DNA of 43,753 bases from an uncultured Nitrospirales bacterium (GCA_964493075.1 CAZBNU010000006.1:1-43753); one strand, 5' to 3'. Counted from the stretch's first letter, positions 1 through 10,115 are shown. Program-made: numbers and translations. The notes: generated by a model not told the origin, from the letters alone.

Positions 1-18
1 GGGAGCCGCCAAAACCGG

Positions 19-68
19 AATGACGGGGATGGAATTAATTGACAATGGATAATTGATAATTGACAATG
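19..68. repeat. Window-edge repeat cluster: an AATGACG terminus (19-25) like the outer ends of the palindromic elements at 34435 and 41233, then two exact copies of AATTGACAATG (37-47, 58-68) around AATTGATA
   Basis: Read directly from the sequence. The 11-nt unit repeats exactly, 21 nt apart, just 3' of the minus-strand uvrB stop. The left side is cut by the window edge. Confidence 0.5.
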
Positions 69-99
69 AAATGGAACGGGGCAAAAGAGAAGGTGCTTG

Positions 100-2115
100 T
101 TACAACCCCATCTCAATTTTCTTCCGTTCGAGTTCGAGCAGCCGATCGCGGTAGACCACCGCGTTTTCGAAGTCCATTTTGTCGGCGGCTTCTTTCATTT
201 GTCTGCGGAGTTGGGTGATGGTTTTGTCGAAGTCCTGGTCGGAGAGGTAGAGGGCGGGTTCTTCGGCGGCTTTGGTGATGTTCAGGTAGTCGCGTTCACA
301 GAGGATGTTGATCATGTTGGGGACGGCTTTGGAGATGGAGCGCGCCGTGATGCCGTGTTTTTTGTTGTAGGCGAGTTGTTTCTTGCGGCGCCGGTCCATT
401 TCGCTGATGGCGCGTTCCATGGCGCCGGTGGTTTTGTCGGCGTACATGATGACCTGGCCTTTGAGGTTGCGCGCGGCACGGCCGCAGGTCTGGATGAGGC
501 TGGTTTCAGAACGCAGGTACCCTTCCTTGTCGGCGTCGAGTATGGCGACGAGGGATACTTCCGGGATGTCCAGCCCTTCGCGCAGCAGGTTGATGCCCAC
601 CAGCACGTCATACTCGCCCTGCCGCAGTTGTCGGATGAGTTCGATGCGTTCGAGGGTTTCCACATCTGCGTGCATGTAACGGATGCGCAGGCCCAGGTCG
701 CGGTAGTACTCGGTGAGGTCTTCCGCCATGCGCTTGGTCAGGGTGGTGATGAGGGTGCGTTCGCCCCGTTCGGCACGGCTGCGCGCTTCTTCCAGCAGGT
801 CGTCCACCTGGTTGCCCACGGGACGCACTTCCACTTCCGGGTCCACCAGCCCCGTGGGACGCACTACCTGTTCCACTACCACGCCCTCACTTTTTTCCAG
901 TTCATAGGAGGCTGGGGTGGCGCTGATGTAGATCACCTGATTGATCCGTTTCTCAAACTCTTCAAAGGTGAGGGGTCGGTTGTCCCGGGCGCAGGGCAGC
1001 CGGAACCCGTATTCGACCAATTTGTCCTTGCGTGACCGATCGCCCTTGAACATGGCGCCCACCTGGGGGATGGACATGTGGCTCTCATCCACCACCAACA
1101 GGAAATCGTCCGGGAAATAACTCATGAGCGTATGGGGCGGTTCGCCGGGCAGGCGTCCGTCGAGATGGCGGGAGTAGTTCTCAATGCCGTTGCAATACCC
1201 CAATTCCTCCAGCATTTCGAGGTCATAATTGGTGCGCTGGTCAAGACGCTGCGCGTAGAGTTCCTGGTTTTCGGCACGCAATTCATTGAGGCGGTTCACA
1301 AGTTCCATCCGTATTGCCTTTACCGCCCGTTCCAACGTCCCCTGTTCCGCTGCATAGTGGGAACCGGGGAATATCTCAGCGCGGTGCAGTTTGCGGAGTA
1401 CCATGCCACGCAGGGGATCAATCTCGGAAATCTGTTCCACTTCATCGCCGAAGAACTCAATGCGGATTGCACGGTCGGCTTCATAGGCGGGAAATATATC
1501 AATGACATCGCCGCGCACCCGGAACGTGCCCCGGTGAAAATCAATGTCATTGCGCTGGTATTGCATGGCGATGAGATCGGCGACAACCTTGTCCCGGTCC
1601 ACCATCTGGCCCGGTTCCAGCATGACGCGCAATGCCATATACGCCTGGGGCGATCCGATGCCGTAAATGCAGGAGACACTGGCAACAACAATACAGTCGC
1701 GGCGGGTCAGCACGGTACGCGTCGCGGCATGACGCATCTTGTCTATTTCCTCATTGATGGAGGAATCCTTTTCGATGTAGGTATCCGTGGTGGGGATGTA
1801 CGCTTCCGGCTGGTAGTAGTCGTAGTAGCTGACGAAATATTCCACGGCATTATGGGGGAACAGGGATTTGAACTCGCCATACAATTGCGCCGCCAGAATC
1901 TTGTTATGGGCCAGCACCAGGGTCGGTTTCTGGGTGCGGGCGATGACATTGGCGATGGTGAAGGTCTTGCCGGAACCGGTCACACCCAGCAGCGTCTGAT
2001 GGGGCAACCCTTCCAGTACGCCCTGTGTCAGCGCTTCAATAGCCTGTGGTTGGTCGCCTGATGGTTCATAATCAGAAACCAGTTCGAGGGGGACATTTTC
2101 CACGTCAACTGGCAT
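100..2115 (-). CDS. uvrB: Excinuclease ABC subunit B (UvrB)
   Basis: 671 aa. Walker [15 protein letters not shown] box ([10 protein letters not shown]), a [10 protein letters not shown] beta-hairpin region and a C-terminal UVR motif ([15 protein letters not shown]). Confidence 0.97.
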   Translation of the reverse strand: MPVDVENVPLELVSDYEPSGDQPQAIEALTQGVLEGLPHQTLLGVTGSGKTFTIANVIARTQKPTLVLAHNKILAAQLYGEFKSLFPHNAVEYFVSYYDYYQPEAYIPTTDTYIEKDSSINEEIDKMRHAATRTVLTRRDCIVVASVSCIYGIGSPQAYMALRVMLEPGQMVDRDKVVADLIAMQYQRNDIDFHRGTFRVRGDVIDIFPAYEADRAIRIEFFGDEVEQISEIDPLRGMVLRKLHRAEIFPGSHYAAEQGTLERAVKAIRMELVNRLNELRAENQELYAQRLDQRTNYDLEMLEELGYCNGIENYSRHLDGRLPGEPPHTLMSYFPDDFLLVVDESHMSIPQVGAMFKGDRSRKDKLVEYGFRLPCARDNRPLTFEEFEKRINQVIYISATPASYELEKSEGVVVEQVVRPTGLVDPEVEVRPVGNQVDDLLEEARSRAERGERTLITTLTKRMAEDLTEYYRDLGLRIRYMHADVETLERIELIRQLRQGEYDVLVGINLLREGLDIPEVSLVAILDADKEGYLRSETSLIQTCGRAARNLKGQVIMYADKTTGAMERAISEMDRRRKKQLAYNKKHGITARSISKAVPNMINILCERDYLNITKAAEEPALYLSDQDFDKTITQLRRQMKEAADKMDFENAVVYRDRLLELERKKIEMGL

Positions 2116-4174
2116 CCTTCAATCGTTTTCCTTTTTGCTTCGGCTTGACATTCTGTTCTGTCTCCACCTGCTTTTCCTGTACGCCAAGATGAATCGCTTC
2201 GGACACCCCTGGGACACGTTCCACCTTTCGGGCAACGCGCTCAATCACCATTTCATCAGTGGCTTCAAACTGGAAATCAAAATGGTTGTTCTGGTCCTCT
2301 CCGGGCCCATACTGTGCATTAAGGATGTCAATGTTCAGCGGGCGCAGCGCATTGGTAATATCCGCCAGTAGATTGGGACGGTTTCGGGTAACAAGGCGCA
2401 TCTTCGCAAGTAACACGCCTTCTCCTTCCCATGTCGCATGTACGATTCGTGAGTGATCGCGGGCGGATCGGGAAAAACTTTTGCAATTGGTACGGTGTAT
2501 GGAGATGCCCGGCGTCTTGGTGACGTAGCCGACAATGGTGTGTCCCGGCATGGGATTGCAGCATTTGGCAAATTGCACTTCCATACCTTTCAACCCTTCT
2601 ACACGAACCAGTTTCCGGCGTGTCGCCTCGTCCACCTCACGCACTACCGCTGGCGGCACCACTTTGGGGGAGATATGGTGTACTTTCGGTTTCGGTGTGG
2701 GCTGCTCTTCGGAGGGCGCCAGTTCGCCCAGTTCACGCAACCGCTGCCGGATGCGCGTCCGTGCCCGTCCCGTGACCACCACATCAATCCAGTCCAGATG
2801 AGGCTCCTGATTTTTAGACGTGAGAATTTCCACCGAGTCGCCAGTCTGCAGGTTATAGCGAATGGGGACGATGCGCCCGTTCACCCGTGCGCCGATGCAA
2901 TGATGTCCCACATGGGAGTGGATCATGTAGGCGAAGTCCAGCGGTGTGGCGCCCTGGGGCAGTTCTTTCAGTTCACCTCGTGGTGTAAACACATAAATAT
3001 GGGACGACGTAAAATCCTGCCGCATACTGTCCATAAGATGGTCCTGGCCGCTTGCATCTTTCAGCCAGTCGTACATCTTCTGCAGCCAGGCAATCTGCGA
3101 GTCCAGCCTGTCATCTTTTCGTTTTTCCCCTTCCTTATAATTCCAGTGTGCGGCAATGCCTTCGCGGGCAATCTTGTCCATCGCCTCGGAACGAATCTGC
3201 ACCTCCATGGGACGTCCATTTTCACGCATCACCGTCGTATGTATTGCCTGGTACATGTTCAATTTTGGCATGGCTATATAGTCTTTAAGCCTGCCGGGAA
3301 TAGGTGTCCACAGGCTGTGCACCACGCCCAGGGCGTTATAACAGCCAGCATCGGTCTGGGTAATGATTCTGATGCCCAGCACATCCATCACCTGCGCAAA
3401 GTCCTTGCCCTGCTGCTGCATCTTTTCATAAATGCTGTAGAGATGTTTTGGACGGCCTATCACACGGGCCACAACCTCGGCTTCAGCGAGGCGCTCCTCA
3501 AGGAAGGCAAGGGTCTGGTTGAGGTAGGCCTCCCGTTCTCGGCGTTTCATGGCGACCATGCGCGCAATTTCTTTGTATGTCTCCGGCATCAGATGGTGGA
3601 ATGCATGGTCTTCCAATTCCCACTTCCAGCGTGAAATGCCGAGACGGTGAGCAAGGGGCGCGTAAATGTCCAGCGTCTCTCGGGAGATGCGTTCCCGGGT
3701 CTCCTTGTCCAGATACTCCAGGGTGCGCATATTATGAAGACGGTCGGCAAGTTTGATGATAATGACCCGCAGGTCTTTAGCCGTGGCCACCAACAGTTTG
3801 CGGATATTCTGGGCCTGCTGTTGTTCATGTCCCACGGCATCGTCGGTAAAATTGAAACTGCTGATCTTGGTGACACCGTCCACAATGCGTGCAATATCCG
3901 GACCAAACTCCTTTTTGACCATATCGATGGTATAGCTCGTATCCTCAACAACATCATGAAGCAATGCGGCAGCACATACCTCCGGATCAAGACCAAGCGC
4001 CGCAAGAATGGTGGCCACTTCAATGAGATGCAAAATGTAGGGATCACCCGAGGCCCGCAACTGGTTGTGATGGGCCTGATCCGCCACGCGATAAGCGCGG
4101 CGTACTACTTCCAGAGCCTCTGGCGGATGCGACTTCTTCAGCCGCTTCATCATTTTTGCGAATGCTTCTCTCAT
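2105..4174 (-). CDS. relA: Bifunctional (p)ppGpp synthetase/hydrolase, RelA/SpoT family
   Basis: 689 aa. HD hydrolase motif (LLHDVVEDT), synthetase region ([24 protein letters not shown]), TGS domain ([23 protein letters not shown]) and a C-terminal ACT-like domain. Overlaps the uvrB start by 11 nt. Confidence 0.95.
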   Translation of the reverse strand: MREAFAKMMKRLKKSHPPEALEVVRRAYRVADQAHHNQLRASGDPYILHLIEVATILAALGLDPEVCAAALLHDVVEDTSYTIDMVKKEFGPDIARIVDGVTKISSFNFTDDAVGHEQQQAQNIRKLLVATAKDLRVIIIKLADRLHNMRTLEYLDKETRERISRETLDIYAPLAHRLGISRWKWELEDHAFHHLMPETYKEIARMVAMKRREREAYLNQTLAFLEERLAEAEVVARVIGRPKHLYSIYEKMQQQGKDFAQVMDVLGIRIITQTDAGCYNALGVVHSLWTPIPGRLKDYIAMPKLNMYQAIHTTVMRENGRPMEVQIRSEAMDKIAREGIAAHWNYKEGEKRKDDRLDSQIAWLQKMYDWLKDASGQDHLMDSMRQDFTSSHIYVFTPRGELKELPQGATPLDFAYMIHSHVGHHCIGARVNGRIVPIRYNLQTGDSVEILTSKNQEPHLDWIDVVVTGRARTRIRQRLRELGELAPSEEQPTPKPKVHHISPKVVPPAVVREVDEATRRKLVRVEGLKGMEVQFAKCCNPMPGHTIVGYVTKTPGISIHRTNCKSFSRSARDHSRIVHATWEGEGVLLAKMRLVTRNRPNLLADITNALRPLNIDILNAQYGPGEDQNNHFDFQFEATDEMVIERVARKVERVPGVSEAIHLGVQEKQVETEQNVKPKQKGKRLKDAS

Positions 4175-4291
4175 AAAGTTTCCAATGGAGATGGTTATGC
4201 GATGCCGGTGTTATGAATAATGAAACAACGACACCTGCAGGGATCTATTCCCTGCTGATAACTATATCACGTCAGGGATTTGCGTTGCATG

Positions 4292-4723
4292 TCAGACGTT
4301 GAACGGTTTGAACAGGCGGAAGTGGGGACCCACATGCTCAATGAGGAACCGGTCGGACACGACCGTAAAGCCCGCCTTAACATAAAAGGGAACCGCCTTT
4401 TCCCGTGCATTGCACCAGATACCGACAGCAGGCGCTTTTTCTGGAAGCGTGTCATCTAGAAATCGCAATAGAGCACTGCCAATACCCTGCTTCTGATGGT
4501 CAGGGGAAACAGCCATGCCCCGCAGTTGCCAGGCAGGTTCAGATTCCCATTCAGAATACATCAGCGTGGCGCACCCGATGCAGACATCATCCGCCAGCAC
4601 ACCGACATGAAGTGTATCCGAGGCATCATCACCCGGGAAATACGGTGTGTTCCGGTTGGTAGCTGCAATAATCACCGCCTCACGCAAAGGGAGAATGGTA
4701 TCGAGGAGTACATAGGAAATCAT
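4292..4723 (-). CDS. GNAT family N-acetyltransferase
   Basis: 143 aa. Acetyl-CoA motif A: QLRGMAVSPDHQKQGIGSALL. Confidence 0.8.
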   Translation of the reverse strand: MISYVLLDTILPLREAVIIAATNRNTPYFPGDDASDTLHVGVLADDVCIGCATLMYSEWESEPAWQLRGMAVSPDHQKQGIGSALLRFLDDTLPEKAPAVGIWCNAREKAVPFYVKAGFTVVSDRFLIEHVGPHFRLFKPFNV

Positions 4724-4763
4724 GTTTTACCTCTCCAAAAAGGAGGAGTAAAAGATATGCGAC

Positions 4764-5063
4764 TCATGCAGCATCATAAAGCGATACAGCCTTTTTGATG
4801 ACCTCTGAACGAAAATGTTCACTCAGGAAACCTGTAGTATTCAGATCGACTTTTCTTCCCAATATTTGCGACAGTTCCTTTTCAATGGCAAAAAACCTGA
4901 GCCCCACTCTTGTTCCTGGCTCAAACTCCACCAGAATATCTATGTCACTTTCATCCGTGAAGTCTTCGCGTAGTGCAGAACCGAATAAGGAAAGCCTCAG
5001 TATATGATTTTTTCGACAAAACTCATTTATGAGATTATAGGGTATTGATACCTTTGCATTCAT
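4764..5063 (-). CDS. MNT-type nucleotidyltransferase domain protein (antitoxin-like), with no adjacent HEPN partner
   Basis: The LFGSALREDFTDESDIDILVEF motif (GS...DxD) is typical of minimal nucleotidyltransferases. I chose the internal ATG at 5063 (MNAKVSIPYN...), giving about 99 aa, the usual family length. The longer ORF to 5177 has an unconvincing N-terminus. Confidence 0.75.
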   Translation of the reverse strand: MNAKVSIPYNLINEFCRKNHILRLSLFGSALREDFTDESDIDILVEFEPGTRVGLRFFAIEKELSQILGRKVDLNTTGFLSEHFRSEVIKKAVSLYDAA

Positions 5064-5188
5064 AACATAATCCCAATCGGTTTGGATAATGTCGCATTGA
5101 CATGGTACACAAGTTTGTGTTTCAGTATAGACGTTCAAGACTTGCAGTATACAATACCCGGTATGATAGAATCCCAAAAGAGGCCATC

Positions 5189-5302
5189 ATGGAAAATATG
5201 AAACAAAACGTATCGCTACTAATTACCATCCAGGCCCTGATCACGCTTGTTGTAGGTGCCTTGTTCACGCTTATGCTATTCTTCGGGAAACCTGCCGAGT
5301 GA
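5189..5302 (+). CDS. Candidate 37-aa single-pass membrane peptide (hypothetical)
   Basis: AGAGG lies 6 nt upstream of the ATG. The peptide MENMKQNVSLLITIQALITLVVGALFTLMLFFGKPAE has one clear hydrophobic helix. No homology was recognised. Confidence 0.3.
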   Translation: MENMKQNVSLLITIQALITLVVGALFTLMLFFGKPAE

Positions 5303-5306
5303 TGTT

Positions 5307-6383
5307 TTAAAGGGGGCCGAAAGTGCCAGGGGACAGTCCCAGCGCCTCTTCAAAAACGGCAAGCACGTTTTCAACGGGGTTATCGGCCTGGATGCAGTGT
5401 GCCGGGGCGAAGATGTAGCCTCCTTCCTTGAACAGTTCCAGACGATGTCGTGCTTCTTTGCGGCATTCCTCCACAGTACCGAAGGGCAGCGTCTGTTGCG
5501 TGCTGATAAGACCGCAGTAGGCCAATTTGTTGTGGAATGTCTCTTTCAGCAGCTTCAACTGCATGCCCTCAGGTTCGGGCTGCATGGCGTCAAGAATATC
5601 CAGCCCCATCTCAATAAATCGAGACTGGAGGCGACTGGTATCACCGCAGGAGTGCATCATGGCCTTGCAGCCAAATTCGTGGGCCAGTTCGATGTAGCGT
5701 TGCAGCCGTGGTCGGAAGAAAGTATCAAATACTTCCAGCGGGAACATGGGTCCCAACTGGTTACCCGTATCTTCGCCGATACACAAGATGTCTATTTTGC
5801 CGTTTCCTGCCTCCAGCGTGCGACGGGAAACTTCGTAATAAAAATCGCATCGTTTGTCTATGATGGCGACTCCAACGGGGTCTTCCATCATGATATCCAT
5901 CATGACCTGTTCCATGCCCCGTCCCCGGCTGACGCCATTCAGGATGTCAGGCCGTCCGGCATCTCCGGCACAAACGGCATAATCGGCATAGCAATCGCAT
6001 ACCGCTTCAATCTGCGAGTAATCGTAATCGTCGGGGGACGGCCACGGATAGTTTTCCACGTCGTCCATTGTTTTCAGTTTTGCCAGGGCGAGGTAGTTCG
6101 CCTCCGGATAAGCGCCGCCATGGCCGTGGTCAAACATGATGTAGCCAACGCCCCATTCATCAGCGAAACTGCAACCTTCGGGCACAGGTGGCGGTGTTCC
6201 CTGATAGACGGGGTGCACCCCGCGGAAATCCACGCCGAATTGTTGCAGCAACTGTTCTGGATCAGCAAAACCAAAATGCTGCATCAGTTTCTTTTCGATT
6301 TCCGGGGTGAGATATATCTGTATGGGAATACGGTCGGTAGGCCGCCGCGCAAGTGCTGTCAGTAGGCGTTCTTTGGAGGTCAT
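5307..6383 (-). CDS. Uroporphyrinogen decarboxylase (URO-D) family protein, MtaA/CmuA-like
   Basis: 358 aa. The N-terminus (ERLLTALARRPTDRIP), the length and the overall pattern recall URO-D-like methyltransferases. The substrate is unknown. Confidence 0.6.
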   Translation of the reverse strand: MTSKERLLTALARRPTDRIPIQIYLTPEIEKKLMQHFGFADPEQLLQQFGVDFRGVHPVYQGTPPPVPEGCSFADEWGVGYIMFDHGHGGAYPEANYLALAKLKTMDDVENYPWPSPDDYDYSQIEAVCDCYADYAVCAGDAGRPDILNGVSRGRGMEQVMMDIMMEDPVGVAIIDKRCDFYYEVSRRTLEAGNGKIDILCIGEDTGNQLGPMFPLEVFDTFFRPRLQRYIELAHEFGCKAMMHSCGDTSRLQSRFIEMGLDILDAMQPEPEGMQLKLLKETFHNKLAYCGLISTQQTLPFGTVEECRKEARHRLELFKEGGYIFAPAHCIQADNPVENVLAVFEEALGLSPGTFGPL

Positions 6384-6521
6384 AGAGAAATCCTTACGTT
6401 TATGTGTACCAAAACTATAATGTTTACAGATTATGCAGGAATTCCGTTGCGACCTAGAGCGTTATAATGGTACTGTATTGCACAGCAATCAGACCTGCAC
6501 AACCCATAAGGAATTAATGTT

Positions 6522-7751
6522 GTGAAGTATATCATATTATTAGGCGACGGCATGGCCGATCATCCCTTGGAGGCGTATGCTGGCAAAACAGTCATAGAAG
6601 CAGCCAACACCCCCAATATGGATCGTGTCGTTGAACTGGGGTGTACCGGATTGTTCTGTCCCATACCCGATGGAATGGCGGCGGGCAGCGATGTGGGCAA
6701 CCTGTCCATGTTTGGTTATGACCCCCGGGTATCCTTTTCCGGCCGTGCTGCCATTGAAGCCGCAAACCAGGGCATTATGCTGGCGGAAGATGAAGTGGCT
6801 TTTCGCTGCAATCTTGTTACCTTGGGTGATGAGATCATGCAGGATTTCACCTCGGGGCATATCACCAGCGATGAAGCGCGGGAAATTATTGCCACCTTAA
6901 ACGAAACGCTTGCCAAAGAGTTCCCCATTGTTTTTCATGCAGGAGTAAGTTATCGGCATACGGGCGTTATTAAAGGCTCGAAGGCGGGCAGTGTGGACGA
7001 CCTGATTGCTACGCTGTGCGAGCCGCCGCACAATATTTCCGATCGCGAGTATTCCCCTTATTTGCCCAAAGGTCCGGCAGCAGGGTTGTTACACAATATC
7101 ATGGAAGTCTCCCGGAAGATACTTGCCGATCACCCTGTGAACAAGGCAAGACTCGCGGCAGGTAAACCCGCTGCCACGTCGCTTTGGCCCTGGGGACAAG
7201 GCAAGGCATTGACCTTGGAATCGTATAAAGATAGATTTGGGCTGACAGGCGCTGTAGTCTCCGCTGTAGACCTCGTGAAAGGTATAGGCGTGTGTGCTGG
7301 TTTGGAAGTATTGAACGTACCCGGTGCTACCGGTTGGATTGATACGGATTACGAAGGAAAAGTAGCCGCTGCCAAGGATGCGCTGAACCGGCACGATTTT
7401 GTTTACCTCCATGTGGAAGCGCCAGATGAAGCCGGGCACCAGGGAAATGCAGCCTTAAAGATTCAGGCAGTCGAAGAATTCGATGCGAGAATTGTAGGAC
7501 CCTTTCTGGAGTTTTTGAAGGAGAACCCTCAAACGCGTATTCTGGTTGCGCCAGATCACTTTACACTTATCAGTACCAAAACTCACGCAGGTGGTCCTGT
7601 TCCCTTTGCGCTTTGCGGACATAATGTTAAACCCGACACTGCCACCACATACGGCGAAAGTGAAGCATTGCAGTCGGGCGTACTGGTAGCCGATGGTTTC
7701 ACGCTTACCCAACGGTTTATCCGTGAAAATCCGTTGGTCTTCAAGGGTTAG
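6522..7751 (+). CDS. apgM: Cofactor-independent phosphoglycerate mutase, archaeal-type ApgM family (a subgroup has been proposed to act as an alternative homoserine kinase)
   Basis: 409 aa with a GTG start. MKYIILLGDGMAD N-terminus, NTPNMDRV and HVEAPDEAGH metal-site motifs of the alkaline-phosphatase superfamily. Confidence 0.85.
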   Translation: MKYIILLGDGMADHPLEAYAGKTVIEAANTPNMDRVVELGCTGLFCPIPDGMAAGSDVGNLSMFGYDPRVSFSGRAAIEAANQGIMLAEDEVAFRCNLVTLGDEIMQDFTSGHITSDEAREIIATLNETLAKEFPIVFHAGVSYRHTGVIKGSKAGSVDDLIATLCEPPHNISDREYSPYLPKGPAAGLLHNIMEVSRKILADHPVNKARLAAGKPAATSLWPWGQGKALTLESYKDRFGLTGAVVSAVDLVKGIGVCAGLEVLNVPGATGWIDTDYEGKVAAAKDALNRHDFVYLHVEAPDEAGHQGNAALKIQAVEEFDARIVGPFLEFLKENPQTRILVAPDHFTLISTKTHAGGPVPFALCGHNVKPDTATTYGESEALQSGVLVADGFTLTQRFIRENPLVFKG

Positions 7752-7864
7752 GAAACAGATCGTTGTTGTTTAACTGAAAAGATGCTACAATAGACTCAAT
7801 CAGAATGGGGGGGCATCTTAAGGGGTTTAAATTCCAGCATCTCAATGCCACAGGATATAGGTAT

Positions 7865-9448
7865 ATGCCAAAAACAATCGAAATATACGACACTACATTA
7901 CGCGACGGCGCTCAGGGCCCCGGCGTGAAGTTTTCTGCTGAAGATCAAATTGAAGTCGTGCAGGCGCTGGACTTGTTGGGTATTACCTACATTGAAGGCG
8001 GACAACCCGGTTCAAATCCGAAGGCTGCAGACTTGTTCAAGCGCGTTCAGGATATTGAATTGAAGAACAGCACTATGGCCGCCTTCGGCAGTACACGCCA
8101 CTGGAAACGCGCCTGTGAAGACGACCCGAATATGAAAGCCCTTGTGGAAGCAGGCACTTCCGTGGTGACCATCTTCGCAAAAAGTTCTGTTTCTCATGTC
8201 CGTGATGTGCTTGGTGTAACCCTTGATGATAATCTCACGTTGGTGGCCGATTCGGTTGCATACCTGAAAACTCATGGGAAAAGGGTCTTTCTCGATGCGG
8301 AACATTTTTTCGACGGCTATTATGAGGATAGCGACTATGCAATGACAGTACTGGGCTGTGCGCTGGAAGCAGGCGCGGATGCACTGATATTGTGCGAGAC
8401 AAACGGCGGGCGACTGCCCCACGAAGTAGAAGCAGTAACTAAATCTACGAAAAAGCGTTTTCCAAAAACGGCGATTGGCATCCATACCCACAATGATGCC
8501 GCATGTGCTGTTGCAAATGCACTTGCCGCAGTCCGTGCTGGCGCCACCCAGGTGCAGGGAACCATGAATGGCTATGGGGAGCGCTGTGGCAATGTTGATT
8601 TGTGCAGCGTGATTCCCAATCTGCAATTAAAAATGGGCTGCCACGTTCTTACGGAAGACCAACTGTCCCGGCTGACGCGCAAGTCCCATCTTATCGCCGA
8701 ACTCGCCAATATGACCCCCCGCGATTATGCGCCCTTCGTGGGACGTGATGCGTTCACGCATAAAGGCGGCATGCACGCGGATGCGGTGCGTAAACGAAAA
8801 ACAACCTACGAGCATATTGAACCTGGTCTGGTGGGGAATACCACCCATATTGCTGTCAGTGAGATGGCAGGTCGTTCAAGTTTGATACAGAAAGCAGCTG
8901 AACTTGGCATAGCCCTGGATAAAAACGGGGAAGACACATCCGCCATTCTTAACCGCGTCAAGGAATTGGAGAACGAGGGGTATGAGTTTGAAGGCGCTGA
9001 CGCCTCGCTGGAACTTATCATGCGCCGCGCCACAAAGCGTCATCCCGGCTTCTTTGATACAAAGGGATTTCATGCACGCGTTTCGCAACCCCGCGTGGAT
9101 ATGCCCACCTTGTCAGAAGCAACGGTTAAGGTGGTGCTGCCCGATGGTTCAATGGAACATACCGTTGCCGAAGGACACGGCCCGGTGGATGCGTTGAATA
9201 ACGCATTGCGCAAAGCGTTATGGAATACCTATCCGGAAATCGAGGGAATGCATCTTGAAGATTACAAGGTGCGCATACTTGATGGGAAACTGGCAACAAG
9301 GGCTAAAACCCGTGTTCTTATTGAAACCAGCGACCGTGAGGAAGCCTGGAATACCATCGGCGTTTCGGAAAACCTGATTACCGCATCGTACATGGCTTTG
9401 CTGGACAGTTTCGAGTATTTCCTGCTGCGCCGCAAAGGCGAACTATAA
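7865..9448 (+). CDS. cimA: (R)-citramalate synthase
   Basis: YDTTLRDGAQ and HTHNDAACAVANALAAVRAGA (HMGL-like fold) plus a C-terminal LeuA-dimer-type regulatory domain. The start is set at ATG 7865 (MPKTIEIYDTT), not at the upstream ORF extension. Confidence 0.85.
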   Translation: MPKTIEIYDTTLRDGAQGPGVKFSAEDQIEVVQALDLLGITYIEGGQPGSNPKAADLFKRVQDIELKNSTMAAFGSTRHWKRACEDDPNMKALVEAGTSVVTIFAKSSVSHVRDVLGVTLDDNLTLVADSVAYLKTHGKRVFLDAEHFFDGYYEDSDYAMTVLGCALEAGADALILCETNGGRLPHEVEAVTKSTKKRFPKTAIGIHTHNDAACAVANALAAVRAGATQVQGTMNGYGERCGNVDLCSVIPNLQLKMGCHVLTEDQLSRLTRKSHLIAELANMTPRDYAPFVGRDAFTHKGGMHADAVRKRKTTYEHIEPGLVGNTTHIAVSEMAGRSSLIQKAAELGIALDKNGEDTSAILNRVKELENEGYEFEGADASLELIMRRATKRHPGFFDTKGFHARVSQPRVDMPTLSEATVKVVLPDGSMEHTVAEGHGPVDALNNALRKALWNTYPEIEGMHLEDYKVRILDGKLATRAKTRVLIETSDREEAWNTIGVSENLITASYMALLDSFEYFLLRRKGEL

Positions 9449-9476
9449 ATCAGATCCCCTTGCTGATTGCGCTTTC

Positions 9477-9505
9477 TTGACCTTGTGTGCAATACTAAAT
9501 ATAGA
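9477..9505 (+). promoter_or_regulatory. Putative sigma70 promoter for the DUF4160/DUF2442 pair
   Basis: TTGACC (9477-9482), a 17-nt spacer, then TATAGA (9500-9505), about 85 nt upstream of the start codon at 9588. Confidence 0.4.
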
Positions 9506-9587
9506 TTTAGTTAACTTTTTTTAGATAGCATACTTCTCAAATGGAGTATAGGTACTGTATTCCAATGCCTGTAGGAAGTGAAACATC

Positions 9588-9848
9588 ATGCCTACTATAA
9601 GCCTATTTTTTGGAATTGCCGTCCGTATGTATTATGACGAACACGGTATTCCACATTTTCATGCCTATTATGGTGGTGACGATGTAGCAATATCTATTGA
9701 GACGCTTGAAATATTGCAAGGGCATTTGCCACGTCGTGCGCTTGCACTAACTTTGGAGTGGGCTGCTGAACACCGAACTGATCTGAGAGATAACTGGTCT
9801 CGCCTTGAGAAACATCAGCCCCTGAAAAACATAGAGCCACTTGTTTAG
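9588..9848 (+). CDS. DUF4160 domain protein
   Basis: 86 aa. MPTISLFFGIAVRMYYDEHGIPHFHAYYGG matches the characteristic DUF4160 N-terminus. Confidence 0.8.
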   Translation: MPTISLFFGIAVRMYYDEHGIPHFHAYYGGDDVAISIETLEILQGHLPRRALALTLEWAAEHRTDLRDNWSRLEKHQPLKNIEPLV

Positions 9849-9872
9849 TAAGGTACATTGGAGGATAAATCT

Positions 9873-10115
9873 ATGTGGCATACTGTATCTGTAGAACCAC
9901 TTGGCAATTACCATTTACACGTTGTTTTTGAAGATGGCGTGGAAGGCTGTATAGATCTTTCTGAACGTCTTTTTGGACCCGTATTCGAACCACTTCAGGA
10001 CCCTCATCTGTTCAGTCAGGTTTTTGTCGATGAGTTTGGCGTTATTTGCTGGCCAAATGGTGCTGACTTGGCCCCTGACGCAGTATACGAAATGTTGGCG
10101 GGTGCTATCCTATAA
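9873..10115 (+). CDS. DUF2442 domain protein
   Basis: 80 aa from the ATG at 9873, with a GGAGG ending 8 nt upstream. The family-typical C-terminus VICWPNGADLAPDAVYE is present. Confidence 0.8.
   Translation: MWHTVSVEPLGNYHLHVVFEDGVEGCIDLSERLFGPVFEPLQDPHLFSQVFVDEFGVICWPNGADLAPDAVYEMLAGAIL

Noticed and set aside
97-2061. Long plus-strand ORFs (97-1035, 1078-2061) opposite uvrB
   Set aside because: The translations are low-complexity and rich in Val, Gly, Phe and His, with no recognisable motifs. They lie fully antisense to an unmistakable uvrB, so they are typical shadow ORFs.
2453-3634. 393-aa plus-strand ORF opposite rel/spoT
   Set aside because: It is antisense to a clearly conserved RelA/SpoT gene, and no domain signature is present.
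5256-6365. 369-aa plus-strand ORF opposite the URO-D-like gene
   Set aside because: This is a shadow ORF. The minus-strand product has the family-like N-terminus and a sensible start and stop context.
8009-8019. GGTTCAAATCC, a tRNA T-arm-like string
   Set aside because: It lies inside the cimA reading frame, where it encodes the PGSNP motif. There is no acceptor or anticodon stem around it.
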